This document shows positions 29,305 to 44,242 of a stretch of DNA of 64,000 nt, piece by piece; the first letter of the stretch is position 1, and every line of letters begins with the position of its first letter. The notes beneath the pieces were generated by a model. The model did no database searches. It saw only the letters and a list, made by a program, of their open reading frames with translations, and was not told where the DNA came from. The DNA comes from Tubiluchus corallicola (lineage: Eukaryota > Animalia > Priapulida): assembly GCA_030141605.1 (NCBI GenBank), contig JAQGDQ010000007.1:421173-485172 (forward strand), read 5' to 3'. The translations under genes and the position numbers were made by a program.

Positions 29305-32300
29305 TATAAGCATTCTAGAAACTAGGGAATATAGCAGGGTAACGCGTCAGTAATGTCTGCGTGAAATCATGTAATCTTTGGAATCCAGATAAAGCAAAAC
29401 TAGAAAGTGTTTTGCTGGGGGAAGACACTTGCTGACATCGGTTAGTCACATTTTGAAAAGAAATTAGTTCGTTTCATTTAATTAGTGTGATGCACTTAAG
29501 GAATTACACTATGCTATTACTTACACTAGGCTTAGAATTTAAAGAATTACTTTCAGAATTTGGCATCCAAAATATTTTGCTCCCGAGGCAACTGTCCAGT
29601 TTGCCTAGTGGTAGAGCTGGCCTTGTCTAAGTGTGCACTCTGAGGCAGCTGCCTAGTTTGCCTAGTGGTAGAGTCGGTCTTGTCTAAGTCAAACCTGTTT
29701 TGATAAAATGTTTTTATTTTTGGCAAATTTATTGTGGCAACAGGGGCATCGCTAGGGTTGGTGTCACCTGTGCACTTGAGCTCATGTACTGTATTATACA
29801 AATTTTTTATGCCCCACACAAACATGCGATTTTCAGTTGTGCAATTAAATATTGCAAAATCTGCAAATAACTAAAGTCGATGAGAGTGCGCAGATATATG
29901 CAACTAAAAATTGTGCAATTAAAAAATTGCAATCTGTGCTCCAACTTTTAGTTACAGAACTGTTTTGTAATGTACTGTTTTCAAGAGAGTGTGGAGACAT
30001 GCAATTTTTAATTGTACAACTTCTAATCAAGACACATTGGTTAGAGAAAAAAGAAAAACAAATAAATGGCGATAAATCATCGTACAATGTCTGCTACTAT
30101 TTTTCAAGAAATTCAGCCACACATTCAGAAAATGGAAAGCACAATACGAAGTTTTGAATTGCGCACACATATCAGTGCTATGAACACATTTCTACTGTCA
30201 CTGCTGATTACTGTATCATGTACTTGCATCAGGCAGAAGATTTACATCTTCCAATACATTACAAAAATAGAACTTTAAACTGTTAAATGCATGTTGTATA
30301 TTTAGCCGTTTTATGTTAGCTTGTAAAAATTATTTGGATTCGAGTATTTTTTAAATTAACTATTTTCTTTGTGTAATGTTCCAAGGGCTATTACATTCCT
30401 AATTTTTATATAATGGTTATTAAAATATACTACATGCATATTTATGGGTTCGTCTGCTGTTTTTAAGGCTATTTAGTTAAAAACAAAACAAGATGAAACA
30501 AATTTTAAAGCTATAATTATTACAAAACAAAAGAGTACAATAACAAGTCAACAATAAGAGTTCAAAATTATTACTAATGGCTTGCTGTGAAAACCAACAA
30601 GGAAAGACGAGGATAGGAAAATGAATGCGCATAACTTATCTTTATGTTCATGATGATATTGTTGACAATACAACGATCCTTCTCCCACATTGACAATGCT
30701 GACACAGGCAATCCTTCATGAGTCATAACAATGTGGATGACAACAACTAACCATCAGCTTTCAGCAACCCTCTTGTCTACAATAGCAACATACCCACTGG
30801 AATGGAATAACATCACACTCCTGTGGCTTGACCAGCTCTTCAAACCATGTAACAGCATTGGGACTGAGAAAGACAGGCTATGTAACAGGAACACTGTCCT
30901 TTTGCCAAAACAACATTTAGCTCAGCTCTCCATGGTAAAGAAGTTATATCACAGATCATGTACCAGCCTTTCCAGACAAATACGTTAACTACAAGTTTGC
31001 TGGAACATGGCCACTGGCCAAACCAACATTAAACGTCTGCACCAGTGGAAATTTTCAACTGAACTGTTCAAAACAGATGAAGCACTCCAACAGGTAAGTA
31101 CAAACCATTTTAAGTGACAGGGGTGAGGAGATGATGAAATGAAAAAACACATGAAGCAAAGTGTGGGGTGTATGTTGCTAATAGCTAAGCAAGCCATTTA
31201 CTATCAAAATTAGCAACATACACCCCACACTTTGCTTCTTGTATTTTAATTGGTTTATACAGGAAATTACAAAATGTATAAATAACATGGACATACAATA
31301 AACTGCTTATTTTGTTCGTTATTCCATTCATCATTTTTAAGCACTTTTTGTGCACAAGATAAAGAGTGCTTATTTACAGTGCTGCACGAGTTTAGATTTT
31401 TGCATAGATAGGACTCGTTAAAACGACTGTGCAAACTCTTACAGAAATAATTTAATATCTGCGTAGACTTAATAATTATGTAGTACTTTAAGTAACTGAG
31501 AGTCACTGCTGTGTCGGAATGTTTTTTCTGCAGCTAATGTTCCTATACCTGATGAATGGTCAATAATACACAACAGTTCATCAAAACTATTTGGATTCAT
31601 CTAATAATAAACTAAGGAATTTGCTCCAAAGTGCCTGTAAATTGCTATATTACTTGTAAAGTAGCCCTTTTAATAAACCCTGACTAGTTATTGTGAGGGC
31701 CCAATACTTCCGGTGTCTCTTTGTCCGTGAATTAATAATGCGCAAATTGAAGCATGTCTTCAAGATCCACACCGTCAGTTGCACAATGTAAAATTGCATG
31801 TCTGTGTACCGGATTTTGGTACAAGAATAAAATTGCTGAAACTTTCAGTTGTGCAACTTTTAATTGTTCAATTGAAAAGTGCATGGCTGGAGCCTAAGTA
31901 ATATCTGATGTATGTAGTTAGCACTGCCTACATGACGATTAGGAGAAACATCATCTAGACACATCATTTTGTTTTTCATCCTATTGAGTTAAAGAACACG
32001 TTGGTATATTGGCAAGTTTCTTTTAAAATGAAACTTTTAATATTTTTATTTTTTTATGAGACATTTTCACATTTAATGAGAAGCAACACTTTTAATCATA
32101 TGAAAATACACTACTTAGTCGAATTTTCAAAAGAAACTGCCATTAAAACACAAACTATTCCCTAAATTTAAATGATAACAATCAAAACTTTCCTTTCCTT
32201 GACTTCATTGCTGCAAGTTTCAATTACATCTTCAAAATAAATTACTGTTGCTAAGCCACATTCAACTGATAGGTCAGATAGCTTTGGCTGTCCCACTGTA

Positions 32301-35300
32301 GATCGCATGTGGTTTTTGATTTGTTTAAGCTTTGAAAAGCTTCTTTCACATAATGCCACAGAAACACCGGTAAGGAAACACAGGATGGTGTCATCCTGTG
32401 TTTTGACACCCAAGAGCAAATACTGTAAATCCTCGCTGAATGACTCGCCTCTTAGCAACGTTTTGTTCTAATGTCGCTGAACATTTGTCACATTTTTTCA
32501 CTTAACGACTCACGTTTCATTGACAATGTTTTTACTTTGCTAAAAGCCAATTTTTTATTTTATCAACAATTTTGTACCTAATTTGAAGCATTAAAATAAC
32601 ATGTATTACATTATTCTGTTCTAAAAATCACAATTAAAACAGAACAAATATTATGTTTGTTATTGTTTCCTGGCTGTCTACTAAACACTAGCCGTTTGCA
32701 TCAAGTGAGATATATTTGCAATTTATACGCTTCCAATTGATAGACACCTGGGTGTAAACTTCATACAAGGAATTTTGCCTACAAACCTGTTGCTAAAACA
32801 ACCAGACTAGCCAAAATTGTCTCTTAATTGCATCTTGAAACTGATGTCTTTGAGGTTTTTGCCAATAATAAAAACATTTCTTTTTTCTGTGAAGAGACAA
32901 ATGAACTGGAATTTTTTACAACTTATGCCACAAATACCGCATAAAAATATCAAGATTGGTAGTCTGATCTTTTTCGATGCCTTTGAGAAGATAAAAAAAT
33001 TTCTGGATATTTTTCTAGGTTTTGCTTTGCAGCTATGATTTTCAAAAATTTTTAGAATTGTGTGGGGTATAATTTTCATAATCTCTTCCTCATTTTTTGC
33101 CATGTGCTAAGTAAGGATTTGATGAGAACTATTATTCTTTATTGTTGATTTCTAGATTACGCTGTAGAGTCAGACCTGCTAGGTTGCTGGCGTGACAAAA
33201 GTCCTATTGCAGATCATTCATATTTTGGAGAAAGAGATATGTCACATTCTGCTGGTTTACAAACACGAGATGATTGCAGGTCATATTGTCGTTTGAATTC
33301 TTATACTTTTTATGGGATAGAAGCTGGAGCAGAATGCTATTGTGGAAACAGTTATGGGCGACATGGACCTGCACTAAACCCCTGCAACGTGAAGTGTAGC
33401 AAAAACTATACTGATGACATATGCAACTTGTATAACACATCTTGTCGTACTTGTGGTGGAGCTTGGGCATTGCAGGTTTATTACACAAATGGTAAGAATT
33501 ATACAGTTTTGGTACAGGAGAAATTATACATACATTATACATTAGCTGAAATAAGTGACATGATAGTTTTTACAATTACAAACCCTTTTTTACATCAGAA
33601 ATTGGGATTATTTTAAGGGTATGATTAAAAAGGTTAATGTAACTTGTTTTACGTAAATTGGATAAATTACTTAGCTTCTGACCATTGTTAACTTGTACGA
33701 ACTTTTGTACGTTGCATTAAGATCAAGTTGTTGTATTTTGCAAATTAGTTTTTTCTGTTGAGAGCCCTTATTAATGCTGTTGTGTACTCATGAATAAAAC
33801 AGCTAAGACTTTTCTTAGTTGCACAGCATTATTTTTACTCATTGACAAGCTGTAGTTTCAAGCCACAGTTGAATAAAAAAACATGATGGATAGCATGTAT
33901 AACAGTTATAATCAGTATAATTGTACAGAACAATACAGAAAATATAACAGTACAGAAAAAATCAGGTACAAAAAAGCAAGCGGTCATCCACCCAATATAT
34001 ATGTAGTCACAGTGTTGTTTAACTTTCAGCAAAAATTTAGCAGACAAAAGATTATAATAATAATGCAAAACTAACAGTAATGCTACTTACAAAAAAACGT
34101 GCATATTTTGAGCAAACACTACCTTTCATGGAAACAAACTCATGGAATTACAGTATATTCTTGAATCTTAGAAAAAAGCATTCAAAACATTTATGAGATA
34201 CAATTTACCAAGTCAACTAACTTATTAACCAAGCAGGACTAGCTAACAGCAAAACTACCTATCCATGTGAATCAAAAAGCAAGAACAATTCACACACGGC
34301 TTCTTACACAATTTACATATGCAACTTGCAAAATAGTTTAACCAAACGGGGGGTAGGCAGTGATAGGTAAGGTCAGCCAGAGGTAACAAATATATTTTGT
34401 TAAATGAGAACATTAACTCTTTGTCTATCCAGCAACGCAGTACATAGATTTAGCAAAGTAAACTATAAACATATCAGCTTTTGATATTTTAAATGATGGT
34501 TGCATTTTTCATTGGGTTTTGTGGAATTATCGTTTACCAGATGCATGTAGTTCTTGTTACTAATTAATGCTGCTCAACTGCTTTTAGAAAAAGTATGCTC
34601 TTTCCGTTTTGTGAGAGAAATCTCAGTGGCCCTTCTTAGAATTTATAAGATAAATATTTTGTACTATATACTGAAGTAACAAAGGCGATTGTGGTTTTAA
34701 GACCTTTGATGAAAAAGATGGTACTTGTAAGACATTTTTGATTTTTCTTGTGTGAAACTTTAACATTTTATAGATCTGAAGTTTAGACTCTTCAGCTATT
34801 GATTAGTTAACTGCTATGCTAACAAAACCAAGCAGTTTTAGATTATGCTGAAAAGAGTTTTTTGTGCTTTTGGGTGGGAGGTTAAAACAAGAAAACGCAA
34901 AAATGTGTTTTTGCTGTTTGTTACTATGTATAAAAATGACAAATGTTACAAAAAATCATAAAACACAAAAGTAAGGCATTAAAATGCACATTTTTTAAAT
35001 TAAAAACTTTGGTATAATAATTATTATTTAGATATGATTTGGATTGACTTTTTCATTTTTGTTAAAGCTCTTAGTCCTGGAGATGAACATCAAACTGGTT
35101 GTTATAATGCCAGCTGGGATTATGAGACCTTTGGCAGTTTAAAACGGATAACGATGTCTTCCAAGATGTGTATCAGTTATTGTTACCAATTAGGTATCTA
35201 TTGAGAAATTCTTGGATATTTTGTTAATAAGGATACATATTAAAGGATAAGAAAAGAGGTCTTTGAAGTGATTTTGACAAAAATTGCCCTAAAAATATAT

Positions 35301-38300
35301 TAGTTTGTAGCAATCTTAAGCGCATATCGTACTCACGTTAAACGAAAATCCTATTCGCTTTCATTTTAAATCTCCCGCGATACTGTTCCGACTGCGTCAT
35401 TATGTCACATCACACAGACACACACAACGTAGGTGTAAATCGTACATGCACAGTTAGCAGGCCTAGTGCAGCTGAGTTTAAATACTCTAGGTTGTTCGCA
35501 GTGTGCGTACACACTGTTGTACAGTACTTCCTGCAGCTTCACGCATAAGTTTCATCAATTTTTGATTGTCTAAAACCATTTATTGGTGGCGGGTTGAGTT
35601 GCTAATTATTAATAAGGACTCTCGCTTCATTAGATGTCCAGGAGAAAATAGTAATAGCATCCCATCTGTGATTCAGACAGTAACATCAATTGAAATTCGT
35701 TTTCAGTTTCAACCTAAAAAGGGCGTCCTTAGAATGGCAGCCGCTGCATGTGAACTTGATTCTAGTAACAGTGAAAGTCCTGACAAAAAAAGTTTTATGC
35801 ATTAACCCTTTATATTAACTTATTGTTAGATCTTGCACTTATAATTGCAAAAAATGTTATTGTAGGCTCCCTTTACCACACCTAGATTTATAACTACTAG
35901 GCTTAAAGTTTTACCCGAGGAAGCACCTTTTTAATTTGATATCGATGCACATTACTAACGTGTATTTACTTTTCAACATTTTCTAGTTTTTTCATAAACC
36001 ATTATATTAACTTAACTGCACCGACCAGGCAGCATTTATACATATAATTTTACTTGTCTGCCTGTGTTCTGTGTTCATCTATGTAAGCAGTCATTTTTTT
36101 CATGCTCCTATTAGATCAAAACTTCAAATGATGCGATCAGCCTGTTTGGCAAAAATTCTTGACAAATTAACACACCTGAAGATACACCTTAAGAATTTTT
36201 TTATAAAAAAATAAATATTTTTAACTAATACACTGTACACATGCAAGACAAAACGAGATTGATTTACATGGTTGTAACAAAAGTGTCCAATTAAATGTCA
36301 AATAAAAATTAATGTACCTATAGCCTAATAATTTTGGTTGCCACTAGACTTGTGTCATCTAAACTAGAACCAACAATATCAACAACTGTGTATTTTTACA
36401 CATAAGGTATTATTCAAGCATTTATATTATTCATGATTGGTTGATAAGCATGTGTGAATAAAATAGGAATGTGTAAACAAATGTGATACATACTGTATGA
36501 GTTTGGAAATTACAAACACTGTGACATATGCATATGCTTAAATGATCACTGAGCGGCTTTGTCGCCAAAAACCAAAAACTTGTTACATGTAAGCACACAA
36601 TTTTGTAAATAAATCTAGGACCTAAAAGTGGACATGCAAATCTATTTGAAGCCTTATTTCCTTTGCTGATATACAGTGTGTGGCATATATATGCTGACAC
36701 ATCTATTTTAAGATTTAGGCGTATTAGCCCTACATATCAATTAATACAGTTTCTGCAGAAATAGGTAGTCCAATAAAAAGAAGTGTCATTTAGAATGGCC
36801 AGGTTTAACATTATGCTATTTAACATGCTAACAACATACATGGTGAGAATGATGTGCCTCTAAGATATCCCACGAAACATAACTCTGACTCGTCACATGC
36901 CTAATGTATTTCATGATGTAGTACTTCATAATTATATCACTGACACTGCAATGCACTGCACAAATTTCATTTTATCAAAACATGACAATACACAAAACGA
37001 GGCTAGCGTTCACACACTGACTAGCAGTTTTCACACTTTGCAGGAGTGTAAAATTTTTTTTTACTTAACCAAAAACTTTATGCAATAGTCTACAGTCAAC
37101 ATATGCACTGAAAATGCAAGTAAGTATACATTAGTTGAATAAATGAGTAAAACAGAAAACTGTAGTACAACATACATTCACTGTTACAAATCGAATTGCC
37201 GTAAGCATTATTATACAAATTTAAGTCTGTTGATGGTCAAAACAGAAAACTTACAAATTTTGTGAAAAGAATTATGACTTTTGTTAAAATCTACAAATGC
37301 TTTGAAAAACTATTTTAATAAATTGCTGGTTGATAGTCTTTTAAAAGGGCAAAAGCTAATGGGCAAATTTCACAGCAAATTTCGAAAACATTCAAGTTAT
37401 CTTATTGATTTTCCGTACCGTGACAAGTATGGAAAATCACTATGATATCAGTATAGCAAGCACTGAATGACAATAAAATCAATTACAATTACAATTAAAT
37501 GTGAATGTGATGTCATGTCATGTGATCAGTCACATGCTGGCTTATCAATTGATGGTCTAAAAGAAACATGTCTGCGCATACGTAGGTGATATAATTTTTT
37601 AATGCGAGTTTTCTGAAATTTACTTTATTCTGCCCTTTCCTTGTCCTTTAAAGGACAAGAAAAGGCCTAGTTAAAGCAAGTTTCAGAAAATTTTCGTTAA
37701 AGAATTATAACGGTTAGAGGCAATCTTAATCATACTCACGTTTATCATACTCACGGTAAAAGAATTTCCAGTTTGTTTTCATTTTAAATACTCCTGAAAG
37801 ACTGTCACGGTAGTGCCATATTAGATTGCGTCACAGAACCACAACACATATCTTTATAGTACACATGTTCAGAACTCACTGCGACTGCGTTCGAGTGATG
37901 TCATGCCATGCGATCCGTCACATGTTGGCTTTTCATTTGGCGGACTAAATGAAACGTGTGTGCCAACGTTTACTGAAGCGGTTGAAATATTTTACGAAAA
38001 TTGGAGTAAATGCGAAAACGTGAGTACATTATTCGCTTAAGATTATACTTAGGTGATATAATTTTTTATTGCGAATTTTCTGAGGCTTACTTTGGTTGCC
38101 ATTTTCTTGTCCTTTAATGAGAAGTTAACTTTCTGGTTATTAGCTTTTATATGAGTTTCAAGTTTCTTACAATTTAATAAAGTTCTGAAAGAGAACATGC
38201 AGTGAGATTGTTGAATTTAGAAACATGATGATGATTCCATTTGGCAAACATGAAAAAAAATAAGCCAAATATGAAAAAAAACTGAAAATTGCAACATGGT

Positions 38301-41300
38301 ATTATATGTGTATTATGTTCAGTAAAATTTGCACTTCCTTTAACTACTTTATTTATGAATTTATGAACTCTTGTTAATAATCTTGTTGCATTTGTAGGCA
38401 TTAGTTATGGTTGCCATATTTTTTTATACATTGTGAGCTAGAATCCTGCATTAAACTACAAATGTGCATTAATTTACAAGCTCTACTCAATGGCGGTGTT
38501 TGTGAAAAGACTGGAATCCTCTAAGATGAGGCACTGAACCAGTAGAGGTGTCTCAGCTTTAATATACTCTCATGAGGTAAACAGCCAGAATCAGTTTGGC
38601 AAAGGTTTCCCAGAATGAGTTTCAGACCTATTCACTGAATAACCTTTATGCCTTTTAACTTTGATTGTGAAGCACATGTGCCATGACCACTTGGCTATAT
38701 ATCTTGCTTCATTTTCATGTGATGTTGATTTTCATCTTATTGGTCTCTTGCTTGTAGGTAGAGATTTTGCCATATTAAAGAATTATGATGAATGTACATG
38801 TGGAAACGGCAGCACAGCATTTCAATTTGTAGATAAAAAGTATTGCGGTGCTTGTGGTGCAGCATTTACAGGGCGTAACAACTATTTTAGCCTATGCGGA
38901 GATAAAAACATTGGTTATGCAGCTGTGTACAAAGTTTATCAAGGTAAGTATATTAATATTAATGATTTTTAAGTGTTTAACATTGTTTTTTGTTTAATAA
39001 TTATTTGTCTTACTTTAACAGTTTTTGTCGGCAAGTGGTTATGTGTTATTTAAATAGATCTACCACAACTAGTTGTATTTTTTGTATTTGCAATTAATTC
39101 TTAACAGACAAAAATGCATTTGCTTTTTATTCACAAGGTGAATTTTTTACTTTTATTTGTGTAGAGTGGACTGAGGCTCGTCTTGAGTACAGGGGCTGCT
39201 GGAGTTTTCCATCTGCTTTAACATTTGCAAAGTCATTTCCTGGTGTGAATTCAGCTTACGAATGCATCTCTTTATGCAAGGCATTTAGCATGACATCATC
39301 GCCTGGTAGTTTCGCATTGATGGGGAAGGACAGTGGCAATTTTGTCTGCCATTGTGATAACTCCAGTGGTATTGGAAGAGCTACAGGTCCCACTTCTGTA
39401 CCATGTAAAAAATGCCCAGGAGGCAACGATGGCTACTGTTGTGAGGCTGCCGATACATTTGCGGTGTACGATACTGGAGGTAGTACTTTCCTTGTGAATT
39501 ATGTGGCTGGAATTGTGATTTTTAACTTTTGTTACATTTTCTGTTGTATGCTTCGTAATAAATGCAGATTTTTATTTCTTTTTTAGCACCACATGAGTAT
39601 CAAGGATGTTTTTTACATTTTGAGTCGGAGATGCACCAACTAGTTTCCTATTCCCTAGTGCAAAGTGGTACTGCTTTAGATACTGAATGTCTAACAATGT
39701 GCAGAAATAGTGGATATTTTTTTAGCAGTATCCATTACACGCAGTATGATGAATACGTGTGTTACTGTGGTAACTCATATCCTTTTCAGAAATATACATT
39801 CAGTTGTGCAAGTTGTACAAAGACAAGAGTTGGAACGTGTCCTCGAAGGAGTGCAGTCTCTGTTTACACCACTGAAAGTAAATGTACATTATTATCTTAC
39901 TTTGAGAAAGAATAACACCTTGTGATGAATGCATATTTTGGAAAGCCAAACGTCACTTAGATTTTTCATCCAGTTGTTTACTCACCCAAAAGCAAAATTC
40001 CTGCATCAATACGAAATCAAGAAACAACGGTCAAATAAATCTAGGAAATAAAGAACAATTTTTGCTTGGCACTAAAACTGTTCATTCAGTATCCTAACTG
40101 AGTTGAGTGGTTACCCGGAAACTCCAGTTTATACATATAGTCACCAATAAATTCTATTAGTAATTGTTAGTTGGATTAAAATGTAAAATTCAAAACACAT
40201 TAAAAATAGCATTTGCTGGTAAAAGAAGTCACAGAGTCTCAGAAGAGCATTTTCTTATTTGCAAGCAACAATTGCTATGTTATTAAAGATTTATTGTATG
40301 CAACTTTGTTATTTAGATAAATTGTTTCCTCATAATGTGCATAATGGTTGGCAGCTGTAATTAATTTAGTGTTTTTCATGCATTTTTAGATTATCCAGTA
40401 ACATCAGATATCTTAGGCTGTTGGAGGGAAGATAGAAACATGCCGTATAAGGCACCAACAATGGCTAATTTAACACCAGAGAAATGCAGGGCACATTGTT
40501 TTGAGCAGAATTATGATTATGCGGGTTTGGTATTTGGATCAGATTGTTTTTGTGGGAACACTTATCCAGGAGTTTATCCTGGAGCACACCCGTGCAACTA
40601 TAAATGTGGTATGACTGGCAGTCAACATGAAGTATGCAATTTACATGACACAACATGTTCTACTTGTGGTGGAAACTGGTCAATAGCAGTTTATCCTACA
40701 TACAGTGAGAGCTTTACAGTTTTTTTAGCTTGGAATTAAATTGTAGTTGATAACTTTTTACTTAATGTAATGTAATAAAACTGTGTTACATGTACGTAAA
40801 TTAGTCGAACAGTGTAACTTTCTGTGAGTTTGAAAGTTGCAGAACACTGTTTGTTGTGAGCAAGTTGTAGAGTAGTATACGGATTCATTTTGATGTTTAT
40901 GGGGGAATCGGTTACTGTAAGAAAAATACCGAATAGTTTTGTTAAACTAGGCAAAGTATGTAAAAAATGCATGAAAAACTAGTCGACGAAGACTTGCAAA
41001 TAACAGACAGGCGGGTAAGTGGCATTATAAGATGATGTGGTATCAGAGCTGCATGAATCTAACTAATCTAGAGTTTCAGTGGCGATATCTGACCAATTCT
41101 TATGAACTCGACTTTAATTGTTGGCTTAACTAGAGTTGAAAGTCTGGTGTACACTTGCATGATCGTGCACACAATTTTATTGATTGCCTGGTTGCTACAG
41201 TCCAAGAGAACCATCTGTTGTACAGAGTTCCAAGCAAGGTCAACCGATCAGCCGGGGAAAAAATAAAGTCGTATCATTTTTTAACAAAAATATTTCCCTA

Positions 41301-44209
41301 AAAATAGAGTATACTGGAGGCCAAAGTGTATCACAGTTGAAATTTTCTGCATTATCTGATTTCTCACAAGTGATACTATACATTGTTGCAGTGCAAACAC
41401 TGCAGTTACTGAAAGCTTATTTCAATTTTTTCGTCTAAAATTAATTTTTAATTTGTCTAAGGTCAGCTGATATATTTCATATATAATTTTTTGTGAAATC
41501 CATTGCTTGGGGAGTAGAAACCTAGAAAATTATCAAGTATAACGTAATCACTGCTTAGTGAGAACAGTTCTTCACGAACCCATAAAAAGGTCAGACATCT
41601 CAAGGAAATTATTATTTTTGTCTTTTTGTACAAACTTTTATTTTTCGTCTGTTTCCTCAATGGGTAATGTTGAGAAGGTGTCTCACGAATTCTATTGCTG
41701 TTTGCTCTGTTTAGCTTCGTTGATAAATTTAATAATTGCATCATCTGCCCACACACTATTGCTGCTTGTAATAAGCACTCTAAACCCTGTAGCAGAAGGA
41801 GGGGAAAAAACCAGCTTCACAGATTGTGGTGGATGTTTTAACACTTTACTAGAGCTTCTGTGTACCCCAAACTAACAGCTAATACCAGTAAATACCGTCA
41901 ATTGAAGGTACTTGTTATTTATAGTTTGTGTACAAGTAAACTAATAATTCAGATGTCAGCTCAATCTCTCAATAATTCAATAACTCAAGAATATTTCTTG
42001 TCTATTTCAAGTTTCTGTTCCGGGAGAAGAACTAGGGACTGGCTGCTATAGAAAAAATCCAAATTATAATGCCACATTAATGCCATTCCATGCAGGCTTG
42101 ACACCTAAAATGTGCATACGTTACTGTTTTGAACTCGGTAAGCAGCTTTGTTCACTGGCAGTCACGTGAGTATGTTATTGCCAATAGACATTGGTATGTA
42201 TGAATTATGTACGCTAAATAATATTTAATAAATGTGTGCATGACAGTTAGCACATTTTTGAGTTTTTTCTTGAACAATCTTGTGTTTAGACTAGACTGTG
42301 CGATGGTCAAATCTATTCTTGTTGGCCTACGGCATCTAAAATAGTAGGGATTTTAGTACTGGATTGTCTTGTTTTTAATTTGTTGTTTTATTTCAATTTG
42401 TTTGTTTTTATTTACTTGTATTTGTCATAGCATACCTGTAACTTGTCCAGAAATCATTAATGAGTTATTTACTGCTCTGACACATTTGTACTGATGTTAA
42501 TATATACACTGTTATGTTTGCTTTAGCTATATGTTCGTTTAATAATAGCACTTTGTACTGCCTCACATGCAGTATTCCAACTGGCTTTTATTTTTGTTAA
42601 AGTGCATACAGTGGAGCAAGTAAATTGACCATAAAATTGAGCCTTAATTTTTTTTAAGGTTATGATTTCACCCTGTCGACTAGTTCTTGGGAATGCAGGT
42701 GCACAAGTGAGAAAGCTTTTGAAAGTGAAACTAATATTAGATACTGCGTATCATGTTTTGGTGCCTTTACTGCTCGAAATAACTACTATGGCTTATGTGG
42801 GAGAAATGATCACATTGGCTTGTACAGGGTTTACTCTGGTAGGAATATTTGCTTTTGTAAAATTAATATTTTTTCTATGCTATATAAAAATAAAAAGTAA
42901 GGATTTATAACATTCTTATGTGAAAGTTTTTGTTATCAAAAAATCATGGTAATAATAGCCAAGAATTATCTGCTCATCTGTCATTTTAACAATTATCTGA
43001 AATTCTCCTGGCTAACACATGATGTAAAAAGTTGAAGTTTTAGAAATGTGAAAATAATACTAAAACAGTTTTTTATACTGATTAACTTCAGGCCAAATCT
43101 TTGAGAGTGCGTCATAAACCTGATGACACAGTACTATATAAGGTTATCAGGAGCTCTGAGGTTGAACATTCTTTACAGGCAGATCCTCTCAAAATTAACA
43201 ACTACTGCAGGGCAAACAAGTTAGCTCTTAATGCCTCAAAAAACAAGCTCATCATCATTACTAGAGACTCTCACCTTGATGCCATTAAATGTACTATCGA
43301 TGGTGAGGCTATCAAGAAAGTGCAGACTTATAAACATCTTGGAGTATATCTGTCCAAGGAGGATGCCTGTTTGAATTTATTTTAGAACATGTCGGGGTTC
43401 CAACTCTGAAAACTTTAGAGTATTGTATTATTCACTGGTTTGGCCAATTCTGGAGTACACTGCCAGTGTTTGGTCTCCGACATTGTCTGTGGCATTTATA
43501 AACTAAAAAAGACGACAGTATATTTACCTCCTAGACCGTAGACTGATGCTTAAGTACAATAATAGCCTGCAAACTCAAATTTATGAGTCTCAAATGCAAC
43601 TCTTAAAATTATAAGTCTCACATGCAGAAGGCACCTTCCCTCTCTTGTATTTGGATATTAGGTAAAGCGCAGTTTGTTCCTTCACCAATTAGATAGCTTA
43701 TGGATATTTTCAAGATCAAGCCGTATGCAGAAACAGAACCATTTTATAACAGATTTCCGTGCTTGTGGAACGAATTACTTGCATGGCATCATTATCTTCT
43801 TTCAAACAGGCCATCTTCTGTGATTTACTATCCAAGAGCACTCATTTTAATCCTTTGGCCTCATACGTGCTTCATTTATTTTTAGTGTTTAGTCCTATTT
43901 GTAGATAATTTTTGTATTTTAAGTAATTTGACTTGAATATTTTGTGTAATTTTTATTTTAGTTCTATGTGCCTACTACTGTATGGATGACAGGGAGTGAT
44001 CTGTTCGAGGATTTAGTTCATTACTGTCATCCATGGCACACAGTAGTAGGCACAACTTCGTGTTGATCATGACTATAGAATTTTACTGTTTACATTTACT
44101 CAAGTTTAAAATGTTTATATTTATTTTTCTGCCTAATAAATAATAAAATGTGATGATGATGATGATAATAATAATAATAATAATAATAATAATCACCATC
44201 ATCATCATG

Positions 44210-44242
<33 letters not shown>

